From Prevotella sp. (GTDB lineage: Bacteria; Bacteroidota; Bacteroidia; Bacteroidales; Dysgonomonadaceae): a DNA stretch of 64,000 nt. The notes under the pieces were generated by a model. The model was given only the letters and a program-made list of their open reading frames with translations. It was not told the origin of the DNA and ran no database searches. Shown in pieces: positions 10,324-20,260 of this stretch (position 1 is its first letter; every line of letters starts with the position of its first letter). The stretch covers positions 32,001 to 96,000 of the forward strand of contig JAITVV010000007.1 of NCBI GenBank assembly GCA_031285625.1. Direction: 5' to 3'. A program made the translations under genes and the position numbers.

Positions 10324-11613
10324 ATGAAAAAATATTCTCTTTTTATTCTTTTGTTTTTCAATATACTAGCCGGATATTCCCAAGAACAGCAGTCACAGTC
10401 ACTGAAATTGAGTCGTGAAGAAATCGAGGTACTATTTCTGAAAAACAATCTCCAGCTTATAGCCGAAAAATTTAATATAGACATAGCCGATGCAGCCATA
10501 GTACAGGCTAGACTATGGGACAACCCCACTTTATCAATAGAAGGAATGAACCTATGGAGTACAAAATCGCAACGAGATGAAATAGAAGATATGGTAACCT
10601 CATCTTTTGTTAAAAACACAGAGTTCAGCATTGAACTAAGCCAGTTAATCCTAACTGCCAATAAACGAGGGAAACTGATTAGGCGGGAGAAAGTCTCGAA
10701 AGAAATCGCCAGACAAGAATTTGAGAAGATATTGCGCGGGCTGAAAGCCGAACTGAGAAAATCAATTTACGAAACACAATATTTACAAGCCTATCTCAAT
10801 ATACTGATGAATCAGCGTCAATCAGTAAACCAATTAGTCGAATCTCATAGAAAACAAGTTCTGCAGGGAAACATTGCAAAAAGCGAACTGCTTCGTCTGC
10901 AATCGTCCCTTCTCGATCTGGAAAACGAAATAAATGACACTCAACTCGATTTGGAAGAGCAGAGAAAAACTTTAAAAATCTTATTGAATATAGACCCGTT
11001 TACTCATATTGAGGTTGCAGATGATCCGGATACTGAAAAAAATCCTGATAATATCATACTTTCAGATTTATTGTATATAGCGGACGAATCACGCCCCGAT
11101 ATGAAACAATACAAACTTCAAACGCAATATTATCAAAGATCACTGGATTATGAAAAATCACAAAGAATCCCCAATATAAACATCAGTGCCAGCTATGACC
11201 GTTACGGGGGAGTATGGAAAGACTTTGTAGGGTTTGGAGTAAGCATAGACCTTCCTTTTTTCAATCGGAACCAAGGAAATATCAAAGCAGCAAAATTAAG
11301 TATAGACCAAAGCCAGTATTTATCACAACAGCAGCACAGCATTATCCGCCACGAAATTACTACCGCTTATAACAGCTATCTCCATACATACAATTTCTAT
11401 AAGAAAATAGAGAACAACAGTTTGTTTTCCGAATTAGACGGCATGCTGGACGTATATACCAAAAATCTTCAGTACAGGAATATCGGTATGCTCGAATATG
11501 TAGATTTTATGGATACATACAAATCAAGTAAGCAGACGATGCTTACCGCTAAAAAGAATGTAAGTATACAGTTCGAAGAATTACAATATACAGTAGGAAC
11601 AGATATAAAATAA
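10324..11613 (+). CDS. TolC/CzcC family outer membrane efflux protein
   Basis: Signal peptide from MKKYSLF, ARLWDNP and LPFFNRNQGNI motifs. The start could alternatively be 10315. Confidence 0.88.
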   Translation: MKKYSLFILLFFNILAGYSQEQQSQSLKLSREEIEVLFLKNNLQLIAEKFNIDIADAAIVQARLWDNPTLSIEGMNLWSTKSQRDEIEDMVTSSFVKNTEFSIELSQLILTANKRGKLIRREKVSKEIARQEFEKILRGLKAELRKSIYETQYLQAYLNILMNQRQSVNQLVESHRKQVLQGNIAKSELLRLQSSLLDLENEINDTQLDLEEQRKTLKILLNIDPFTHIEVADDPDTEKNPDNIILSDLLYIADESRPDMKQYKLQTQYYQRSLDYEKSQRIPNINISASYDRYGGVWKDFVGFGVSIDLPFFNRNQGNIKAAKLSIDQSQYLSQQQHSIIRHEITTAYNSYLHTYNFYKKIENNSLFSELDGMLDVYTKNLQYRNIGMLEYVDFMDTYKSSKQTMLTAKKNVSIQFEELQYTVGTDIK

Positions 11614-11616
11614 GCC

Positions 11617-12714
11617 ATGATTAAAAAACATATCATAAAAACATTCTGGATTATGGGTACTATCTCCATGATATCCTGTTTGGGAGGCGATACCCCAAAA
11701 GAAGAAGATATAGAAGCGGGTAAAATCAATGAGACATTTCTCAAAAGTGTAAAAACAACAAAAGCCATATTAAGCAACCGAAATGAAGAGCTTACCCTCA
11801 CTGGTAAAGTCGAATATGATCCCGATAAGATTATTAATTATGTGTCTTTGGTAAACGGTATTGCAGCCCGCACATATTTTTCTTTGGGAGACAAAGTACA
11901 GAAAGGTCAGACCTTACTTGATATAAGGAGTGCTGACCTGAGCTCCTTGCAATCGGAAGCTGTCACCTCCGAATCGGAAGTAAAGATTGCACAACGCGAA
12001 TTACAGACGTCCCAATCCATGTACGAAGACAATATATTATCCGAAAAGGAATTGCTGGAAGCTCAGGCTAAACTGAAACAGGCTCAGGCAACACACAACA
12101 AGATACAGAATGACATCTCTGTACTTGGTACCAATAAAGGAAATGGAGCATTTTCTATCAAATCGCCCATGACTGGATATATCGTAGCTAAAAACGTTTC
12201 TTCAGGAAGTACTATATCCACCGACAGTGACCCGCTTTTCACGGTAGCCGACCTAAGTACCGTATGGATAACAGCCAATATATATGCCAGCAACCTGCAA
12301 TTTGTAAAGGAAGGCATGGAGGTTGCGATAACTACTTTGTCTTACCCCGGCGAGATATTTCAAGGCAGAATAAATGTACTTTCGCAAGTCTTTGATCCCG
12401 AAGAAAAAGTATTGAAGGCACGTATTGTCATGAGTAATAAAGAGCTAAAGTTCAAACCCGAAATGTCGGTTGTAATCCGACTGAAAAACGAAACGAATGC
12501 TCAATTTGTCTCAGTACCTTCCGATGCCATCGTTTTTGATGATGACCGCTATTTTGTCATAGTACAGGATGCAACTGGTAATTTCAAAATAAAGGAAATC
12601 AAACTGGAGGGGCACAATAATAAAACTACCTATATCGCTTCCGGTTTGTTGGAGGGCGAAGAGGTAGTAACAAAGAATCAATTACTCATATACTCAGGCT
12701 TAAAAGAAGATTAA
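11617..12714 (+). CDS. RND efflux periplasmic adaptor (CzcB-like)
   Basis: Lipobox MISC, IKSPMTG, VADLSTVWI and FKPEMSV motifs. Confidence 0.9.
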   Translation: MIKKHIIKTFWIMGTISMISCLGGDTPKEEDIEAGKINETFLKSVKTTKAILSNRNEELTLTGKVEYDPDKIINYVSLVNGIAARTYFSLGDKVQKGQTLLDIRSADLSSLQSEAVTSESEVKIAQRELQTSQSMYEDNILSEKELLEAQAKLKQAQATHNKIQNDISVLGTNKGNGAFSIKSPMTGYIVAKNVSSGSTISTDSDPLFTVADLSTVWITANIYASNLQFVKEGMEVAITTLSYPGEIFQGRINVLSQVFDPEEKVLKARIVMSNKELKFKPEMSVVIRLKNETNAQFVSVPSDAIVFDDDRYFVIVQDATGNFKIKEIKLEGHNNKTTYIASGLLEGEEVVTKNQLLIYSGLKED

Positions 12715-12717
12715 TCC

Positions 12718-15700
12718 ATGCATAAGTTTGTCGAAAATATTATTGCATTCTCATTACGGAATCACATACTTGTACTTTTTCTTAGTGCCCTTCTGTTTAT
12801 TACCGGAATCATTTGTTATCTATATACCCCCATTGAGGCATATCCGGATGTGACAAATACACGTGTACGGATCATTACTCAATGGCCGGGAAGAAGTGCA
12901 GAGGAAGTTGAGAAATTTGTAACCCTTCCTATAATGCGGGAAATGAACACAATTCCCCGTAAGACAGATGTCCGCTCTACTTCTCTGTTTGGCCTATCGG
13001 TAGTTACTGTAGTTTTTGAAGATGGCGTCGACGACTTTTTTGCACAGCAATATTCATCCAACAGAATGCAAGGTCTTGACCTTCCCGAAGGCGCTGATCC
13101 ATCTATTGAGCCACCTTCGGGAGCTACCGGTGAAATATATCGCTATGTATTGAAGAGCGAATTACCGATCAGAGAAGTAGCAGCTATAAACGAATGGGTT
13201 GTAGAACGTGAGTTACTTTCGGTACCGGGTGTTGCTAGCATTGCAAGTTTTGGTGGAGAAGAAAAAATGTTTGAGATAAAAGTCAATCCTGCCGAATTGA
13301 GCAATTATGACTTATCTCCATTAGAAGTATTCGATGCAGTATCGAAAAGTAATATCAATGTAGGTGGAGATATTATTCAGAAAGGGAGTCAGGCTTATGT
13401 TGTAAGAGGGATAGGCCTGCTCGAAAGTATCGAAGATATCGAAAACATACTGATAGAAGTAAAAGGTGGAACACCCATCAGGGTAAAGCAGGTAGCAACT
13501 GTTAGCATCTCATCTAAACCGAGATTAGGGCAAGTAGGATTAGACGATGAAGATGATATAGTACAAGGAATCGTCATTATGCTACGGGGGCAGAATCCGA
13601 GTGAAGTCATTAACAACCTGAAAGAAAAAATAGGAGAACTCAACAACCGGATTTTACCCGAAGATGTTAAGATAGAACCTTTTCTCGACCGCACAACGTT
13701 AGTGGATTCGACAGTGCACACAGTAATGAAAAATTTGCTTGAAGGCATCTTATTAGTTTCCATAGTAGTCTTCATTTTTCTTTTCAATTGGCGTACAACG
13801 GTAATTGTAGCCACTGTGATTCCACTATCGTTTTTGTTTGCAATTATTATGTTACGGATACAGGGACTGCCTGCAAATCTCATTTCGATGGGTGCACTCG
13901 ACTTTGGTCTTTTACTGGAAGGTACCCTGGTCATAGTTGAAGTTATATTTGTAGCAATGGTAAAACGTTCCGGAAAACTGGGGACACGCTTTACAAATAT
14001 CTCAAAAAATGGTATAATAAAGAAAAGTGCGGGGAGTGTAGCATCTCATATCTTTTTTGCACAAATTATCCTTGTAGTAGCATTATTTCCTATCTTCTCA
14101 TTTCAGAAAGTAGAAGGGAAAATGTTTTCACCATTGGCTTTCACACTCGGATATGCATTGCTTGGCTCACTTATGCTTTCCCTCACTTATGTACCTGTAA
14201 TGTGTAAGGTTTTACTGATCAAGCCAGTCAAAGAGAAAAGTAATTTTATCAGCAGATTTTTCATAGAGATACTCAACAAAATATATCGGTTCAGTTCACA
14301 TTACAGAAAGGGTACGATTATTGCATTTTGTGTATTACTGGTAATTTGTATTGTACGGTTTGGATTCTGGGGAACAGAATTTATCCCGAGTATGAACGAA
14401 GGCGCAATATATATACGTGCTACATTGCCCAACAGCGTTAATTTGGACGAATCGATGAGGATTACACGACAAATGAAACAAAAGCTCCGTAAGTTCGATG
14501 AAATTCAATTTATCCTGTCCCAAACCGGGCGCCCGAATGATGGAACAGATCCGACAGGGTTTTTCAATATAGAGTTTCACGCCCAGCTAAAACCCGAAAA
14601 AGAATGGAAACGTAAAGTAAAAAAAGATGACTTGATTGCTGAAATCAAAGATTCACTTGACATTTATCCCGGAGTTATTCTTGGCTTCAGTCAACCGATA
14701 CAAGACAATGTAGAAGAATATGTTGCCGGAGTAAAAAGCTCACTTGTTATCAAAATATATGGGAACGATCTGCATCAACTCGAAGACTTGGCTGATCAGA
14801 CTGCTGCTACAATAAAAAATATACGTGGGGTAGAAGATATTAATGTTTTCCGAAGCATCGGCTTGCCTGAACTACAAATCAAACTGGAAGAGTCAAAAAT
14901 GGCCCGTTATGCTGTTTCGATGGCAGATGCACAGGCTGTAGTAGAGATGGCAATCGGTGGAAAAGCTGCTACCAAATTTTATGAAGAAGAACGTACTTTT
15001 GATGTACAAATACGTTTTCAGAAGGAATATAGAGATAATGAAGACAAGATTGGTAACATACTAATTCCTACGATGGACGGAAAATATGTACCTCTTAAAG
15101 AAATAGCAGACATAAAGTTCATCTCCGGACCTACATTTATTTATAGAGATGGGAGTAGCCGCTATGTAGGAATCGGGTTTAGTATTCGCGACAGGGACTT
15201 AGGTTCCACTATTGCCGAAGCTCAAGCCAAAGTAAAAGAAAAAGTACAACTCAAAACAGAAAACAAAATGGTATGGGCAGGTGAATTTGAGAGCCAGCAA
15301 CGTGCAACTAGCAGATTAATGGTTATTGTTCCTGCTGTATTATTACTTATTTTATTTTTATTGTATCTGAACTTCGGGACAGTGAAAGACACGCTTATTG
15401 CTGCAAGTGCCATTCCTTACGCTTTTATAGGAGGTTTTATATCGTTGTGGGCAACAGGTACGGTATTCGGAATATCAGCCGGAATAGGCTTCATTATTTT
15501 ATTCGGTATCACAGCTATAAATAGTATATTGCTCATTGTCCTTATGAAAGAGAGAATGCAACGTACCAAAAACCTCCGTCTGGCTATAGATGATGCTGTA
15601 ACCAATCGTATAAGACCTGTCTTAATGATTGCCCTAATGGGCTCGATGGGACTGCTTCCCGCAGCTCTATCGCACGGCATGGGCTCGGAGATACAAAAAC

Positions 15701-15816
15701 CTTTGGCTATTATGATCGTAGGAGGAATACTTATTTGTATGATACTCTCATTTACTGTATTACCACAGGTGTTTTATTTTGCTTACAGAAGAGACAAGCG
15801 ATTGAAAGATAAGTAA
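12718..15816 (+). CDS. czcA: CusA/CzcA heavy-metal RND permease
   Basis: 1032 aa with EAYPDV, TM4 ALDFGLLLEG, RIRPVLM and GSEIQKPLA motifs. Confidence 0.92.
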   Translation: MHKFVENIIAFSLRNHILVLFLSALLFITGIICYLYTPIEAYPDVTNTRVRIITQWPGRSAEEVEKFVTLPIMREMNTIPRKTDVRSTSLFGLSVVTVVFEDGVDDFFAQQYSSNRMQGLDLPEGADPSIEPPSGATGEIYRYVLKSELPIREVAAINEWVVERELLSVPGVASIASFGGEEKMFEIKVNPAELSNYDLSPLEVFDAVSKSNINVGGDIIQKGSQAYVVRGIGLLESIEDIENILIEVKGGTPIRVKQVATVSISSKPRLGQVGLDDEDDIVQGIVIMLRGQNPSEVINNLKEKIGELNNRILPEDVKIEPFLDRTTLVDSTVHTVMKNLLEGILLVSIVVFIFLFNWRTTVIVATVIPLSFLFAIIMLRIQGLPANLISMGALDFGLLLEGTLVIVEVIFVAMVKRSGKLGTRFTNISKNGIIKKSAGSVASHIFFAQIILVVALFPIFSFQKVEGKMFSPLAFTLGYALLGSLMLSLTYVPVMCKVLLIKPVKEKSNFISRFFIEILNKIYRFSSHYRKGTIIAFCVLLVICIVRFGFWGTEFIPSMNEGAIYIRATLPNSVNLDESMRITRQMKQKLRKFDEIQFILSQTGRPNDGTDPTGFFNIEFHAQLKPEKEWKRKVKKDDLIAEIKDSLDIYPGVILGFSQPIQDNVEEYVAGVKSSLVIKIYGNDLHQLEDLADQTAATIKNIRGVEDINVFRSIGLPELQIKLEESKMARYAVSMADAQAVVEMAIGGKAATKFYEEERTFDVQIRFQKEYRDNEDKIGNILIPTMDGKYVPLKEIADIKFISGPTFIYRDGSSRYVGIGFSIRDRDLGSTIAEAQAKVKEKVQLKTENKMVWAGEFESQQRATSRLMVIVPAVLLLILFLLYLNFGTVKDTLIAASAIPYAFIGGFISLWATGTVFGISAGIGFIILFGITAINSILLIVLMKERMQRTKNLRLAIDDAVTNRIRPVLMIALMGSMGLLPAALSHGMGSEIQKPLAIMIVGGILICMILSFTVLPQVFYFAYRRDKRLKDK

Positions 15817-15854
15817 TCCAAAATTCTTATCTTTATAATTCGAATATTCTTATT

Positions 15855-16538
15855 ATGGAATTATTATTAATAGAAGATAATAGCCGGATCAGCGAATTCG
15901 TTATAAAGGGACTGGAAGAAAGTGGTTTCGCTGTGGTTTTGGCCGATAACGGAGTTGAAGCCCGTAGACTTATCGGACAGAAAGAATGGGATCTTATCTT
16001 GTTGGATATAATGTTGCCTGATATTGATGGCATAGAATTATTACAATATACCCGTTATAAAAAGATCCAGACTCCTATACTTGTTATCAGTGCTCTGGGT
16101 GATCCCGATGATAAGATAAAAGCTCTCGATTATGGGGCTGATGATTATCTGACTAAACCCTTTTTATTACGCGAATTGATTGCTCATATAAATGCCCTTA
16201 CACGTAGGGCAAAGCTAAAATATGACGAATCTTCCGATATTCTGGAATGTGATAACCTAAAAATTTATCTGGACAGGCATCGCGTTGAAAGAGGAGGAAA
16301 AGAGATAAGACTCACATTACAAGAATTTAAGCTACTCAGACTACTGATAGAGAATGAGAATAAAGTATTATCTCGCACACAGATTTTGGATACGGTATGG
16401 GGGGTAAACTATGATACCAATACCAATGTAGTGGATGTGTATATTTCTTATCTGAGAAATAAGATAGATACGGAAGGATATACAAAGTTGATAAAGACTA
16501 TAAAAGGACGTGGTTATATGATACAATCTCAAGAATAG
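15855..16538 (+). CDS. OmpR-family response regulator
   Basis: IEDN, LDIMLP, GADDYLTKPF and TNVVDVYISYLR motifs. Confidence 0.93.
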   Translation: MELLLIEDNSRISEFVIKGLEESGFAVVLADNGVEARRLIGQKEWDLILLDIMLPDIDGIELLQYTRYKKIQTPILVISALGDPDDKIKALDYGADDYLTKPFLLRELIAHINALTRRAKLKYDESSDILECDNLKIYLDRHRVERGGKEIRLTLQEFKLLRLLIENENKVLSRTQILDTVWGVNYDTNTNVVDVYISYLRNKIDTEGYTKLIKTIKGRGYMIQSQE

Positions 16539-16546
16539 TTTCTATA

Positions 16547-17893
16547 ATGAAAGTAAAAACCCGTCTTAGTTTATACTGCTCCCTGATATTCGGAATTGTT
16601 TTCGCTGTTGTATCATTCCTGATATATAGCTTATTTTATAAGAATACTGAAAAGGCCATCTTTAGCGATTTAGAAAAGACCGCATACATTTCCGCTCTGT
16701 TTTATCTGGAAGAGGACGAACTTAGTGCAAAGGAATTTTATAAGATTAGGATGCAATTTGAGGAAATTGTATCCGATTCATCTTACCAGGTCTATAATTC
16801 AGAAAATAGAATTATTTATGGAATACAGTCGTTTGATGTACCTGTATCTATTTTGGAAAAAACACGAGAAAATGGCCATTTATCCTTTTCCACAGACCAT
16901 TTTTTATGTTATGGTATATTTTATGTCGACAATCAGGGTGATTTCGTAGTTATAGCCAAAGAAGATAAAGCTGTATTGGATGGTCAGATGAATATATTAT
17001 TATGGATATTGATCCCTCTATTTATAATAGCACTCACTGCTATTGTCTTCTTGAGCAGATGGGTTGCCAACATTGCTTATAGTCCTTTCAGCGAGGCCAT
17101 ATCAGAGGTAAACAATATATCTACGAACAATCTGGATGTCCAGATCAAGTCTCCTCAGACCAATGATGAACTACAAGACCTCATCGATACATTCAATAGT
17201 TTGCTGACAAAAATATCGGAAACCGTAATCATTCAGAAAAATTTTGTCAGGTACATATCACACGAATTTAAAACCCCTCTAGCCTCTATGATTGGAAATC
17301 TGGATTTATTTTCCTTGAAAGATCGGAGTCCGGCCGAATATCATCAACTTTCGGTAAAGCTTATGCAACAGATATTTCAGATGGAAGAAATATTGGATAC
17401 TCTTATTATTATATCCGACCTGAGAAAAGATGAAAGAAAAACAGGAGAAACCCGTATAGATGAACTAATTTGGGAAATAATAAACAAAATCAAGGATATC
17501 CATCCTTCTTCAAAAATTCTGGTGAATATTAATATTGCTCCCGAAGATGAGTCATTAATGCTCGTAAATATAGACCGCACCCAACTACTTATCGCTTTAT
17601 TGAACCTGATTGAAAACGCAGTAAAATATTCACAAAAGGAAAACATTGAAATCGACCTTATAAAAAAAGAGAATATTCTTTGTTTATCTATTATGGATAG
17701 AGGTATTGGAATTCCGAAAGAACAATTATCGTATATAAGCAAGCCGTTCTACCGGGCTGATAATACTGACAGAATACAGGGTAATGGGATCGGTTTGTCT
17801 TTGGCCTTACGTATTTTTGATAAAAACAATATCAACTACAAAATTGAATCTGAACTAAATAAGGGTACTAAGATCATGATATATTTTGTGTAA
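16547..17893 (+). CDS. HAMP-domain sensor histidine kinase
   Basis: Two TM segments, SHEFKTPL, NLIENAVKYS, GIGIP and GNGIGL motifs. Confidence 0.92.
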   Translation: MKVKTRLSLYCSLIFGIVFAVVSFLIYSLFYKNTEKAIFSDLEKTAYISALFYLEEDELSAKEFYKIRMQFEEIVSDSSYQVYNSENRIIYGIQSFDVPVSILEKTRENGHLSFSTDHFLCYGIFYVDNQGDFVVIAKEDKAVLDGQMNILLWILIPLFIIALTAIVFLSRWVANIAYSPFSEAISEVNNISTNNLDVQIKSPQTNDELQDLIDTFNSLLTKISETVIIQKNFVRYISHEFKTPLASMIGNLDLFSLKDRSPAEYHQLSVKLMQQIFQMEEILDTLIIISDLRKDERKTGETRIDELIWEIINKIKDIHPSSKILVNINIAPEDESLMLVNIDRTQLLIALLNLIENAVKYSQKENIEIDLIKKENILCLSIMDRGIGIPKEQLSYISKPFYRADNTDRIQGNGIGLSLALRIFDKNNINYKIESELNKGTKIMIYFV

Positions 17894-17917
17894 TTGTCTT
17901 GTATTATAAAAGATATT

Positions 17918-19054
17918 TCAAATCACATCATATACTCCTTTAGTCAAAACTTTAGTATCAGAATTAAACTCTTCACCAGGAATAATTTCGATCCAGTCAC
18001 CGTTTCGTTCTCCGGTCTTTATTAAAGTCTTGCGGAAAGTATAAAGTCCCTCTTTTTCCGATTCCAGAACCAAGAGGAAGTTATTGCCTTCTTCTGTTGT
18101 GACAGCATCAAAAGGTACGCTCAGGGCATTTCGTGAGTCGGCTACAAGCTGAGCTTCTACAAACATACCCGTCAATAGTTTTTGCTTTGTACTGGCATCT
18201 AAAGAGGCATAAACATTAATAACGCGGTCGTTCCCTCCAACTGATTTTCCAATCTGTGAAACCTTTGCTTCAAACTCATCCGAACCTACCTGTGGAACCA
18301 TAAACTTTATTTTTTGTCCGTTTTTTAAATTGAATATATCTTTTTCGAATACGGCTAATTCCAGATGCATAGCCTGTGTTTCTACAACTTCCATGATAAC
18401 ATCGACAGGGGAAATTGCTATTCCCACATTAGCATTGATAGCTGTAATATCGCCAGAGATAGGAGAATAGACAGTAATATAGGAGGAGAATTTGCCCTGC
18501 TCCACCTGTGACGGGTTGATGCGAAGCATATTCAGTTTTTGACGGAGGCTTTCATAAGTTGCTTTCGCACGTTTATAACCGCTCTCTGCTTCAAGGTACT
18601 TTTTTTTGGAAGATATTTTTTCATCGAATAGTGTCTTTTGTCTTTCATATTCCGATTTCAGATATTCCATTTGACCTGCTATTTCCAGATATGATTGTTG
18701 GAGGTCAATATATTCAGGACTTTCGAGAGTAATGAGTGGCTGCCCTTTAGAGACCTTATCGCCTACAAGTAAAGAAATGGATTTGACATATCCTCCCACA
18801 AATGAAGTCACTTTCGCCCTGTTTTTGGGTGGTACATCTATTCTACCCGATGCTTTTATAGTATTGTCAAATTCTCTTTCCTGTAAAGGGCTAATCTCCA
18901 TTTTCATAGAGTTGAACTGCTCTTGTGTAATCTCTACTAAAGAGGCATCTTCCTGTTTGGCGTTTTCCCCCTCCGAAGGTTTGTTTTCTCCTCCACAAGA
19001 ACTTAAAAAACTAATTATCAATGTAAACAGTATATAATAAGAATATCTTTTCAT
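17918..19054 (-). CDS. RND efflux periplasmic adaptor (CzcB-like lipoprotein)
   Basis: Lipobox LSSC, GRIDVPP, VYSPISG and LTGMFVEA motifs. Confidence 0.9.
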   Translation of the reverse strand: MKRYSYYILFTLIISFLSSCGGENKPSEGENAKQEDASLVEITQEQFNSMKMEISPLQEREFDNTIKASGRIDVPPKNRAKVTSFVGGYVKSISLLVGDKVSKGQPLITLESPEYIDLQQSYLEIAGQMEYLKSEYERQKTLFDEKISSKKKYLEAESGYKRAKATYESLRQKLNMLRINPSQVEQGKFSSYITVYSPISGDITAINANVGIAISPVDVIMEVVETQAMHLELAVFEKDIFNLKNGQKIKFMVPQVGSDEFEAKVSQIGKSVGGNDRVINVYASLDASTKQKLLTGMFVEAQLVADSRNALSVPFDAVTTEEGNNFLLVLESEKEGLYTFRKTLIKTGERNGDWIEIIPGEEFNSDTKVLTKGVYDVI

Positions 19055-19057
19055 CGC

Positions 19058-20260
19058 TTATTCGTTAAAATTGAAGTAATGTAACTCTAAATAGGATTTA
19101 TTGTAAGAAAGAACATTATCCAGATAATCGGATTCTATGCTGATAGCATTCTCCATACTCTGGATATACTGGAAAAAGTCTATCTCTCCGTTTTTATAAC
19201 TCATATCGGCGGTCTTTATGATTTCTTTCGAAAGTATCTGTCCGTTTTCTGTATAGTATTTAATCATCTCCTTATGCTGGTTCAGTTCGGCCTGCTTTTG
19301 CATATAGAAACTTTCCATCTGTATCTCACGGTTACTCCGCATAGCTTCCCAACTTTGTTGTTCCAGTTTCGCAGTTTTTCTTTTCGATATATTTCCGCTA
19401 AAGAATAAAGGGATGGCTACCCCTATCTGAAAACCGTTCTGCCTGTATCCCAAACCTTTATTTGTTCCTGTGAATAATTCAACACTCAGGTCGGGCAGCC
19501 AGTTCTGATTCTGTAATTTTAGTTGGGAAGAATAAGTGTTGCTGACAGTCTCCATATAATTTTTCTGCAATTCCTTACCTATACTGACATTATCGAGGTA
19601 CAACAGATTCAGTTGATTGTTAGATACCTGAAAGTCTTCCTCACTTTGTACCAGTGATTTCAGTTGTTCATATAAAGCCTGTCTCTGACTTTTTAGTTGA
19701 ACCAGTGTTGTATAAATCTGTTTTGATTTGGCTTCCGCTGTAATTTTTTCCAGATAATTGGATTCGCCTAACTCAAACTTACGGCTTCCTGCCTTCGAAA
19801 AAGCGGAATAAAGGCTATCCAGTTGAGCATATAAGACTTCTTTATTTTGTGTATAAACAATCTGTTCATATACAAGGGAAATTGCGAGTATAAGCTTGTT
19901 TTTTTGAATTTCGAACAATGCCTTATTTTGCTCCCATTGCGATTTATATACTTTTTTCTGAGCACCATAAACAGTAGGAAACGAAAATGTCTGTTCAATA
20001 CCAAATACCCTTAATGCCTTGTCATTGGGTGCGACATTATTTTCATCATATCCGTAATAAACAGTCGTTTTATCAAAATCGAAGGCTGTATTGATATTCG
20101 CCTTAGAGGCCTGTGTCTGCAATTGATACGAACTAAGTTCTTTATTGTTGGCAAGTGCTGTCGCTATCAGTCTGTTCAGCTCAGGGTTGTTTTGCGAGCA
20201 GACAACCGGACTAAATGCCAATAACGAGACGAACCATATATTTTTAAATATCTTCTTCAT
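19058..20260 (-). CDS. TolC/CzcC family outer membrane protein
   Basis: Signal peptide, FELGESNYLE and YKNGEIDFFQY motifs. Overlaps the upstream RND gene by 17 nt. Confidence 0.87.
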   Translation of the reverse strand: MKKIFKNIWFVSLLAFSPVVCSQNNPELNRLIATALANNKELSSYQLQTQASKANINTAFDFDKTTVYYGYDENNVAPNDKALRVFGIEQTFSFPTVYGAQKKVYKSQWEQNKALFEIQKNKLILAISLVYEQIVYTQNKEVLYAQLDSLYSAFSKAGSRKFELGESNYLEKITAEAKSKQIYTTLVQLKSQRQALYEQLKSLVQSEEDFQVSNNQLNLLYLDNVSIGKELQKNYMETVSNTYSSQLKLQNQNWLPDLSVELFTGTNKGLGYRQNGFQIGVAIPLFFSGNISKRKTAKLEQQSWEAMRSNREIQMESFYMQKQAELNQHKEMIKYYTENGQILSKEIIKTADMSYKNGEIDFFQYIQSMENAISIESDYLDNVLSYNKSYLELHYFNFNE

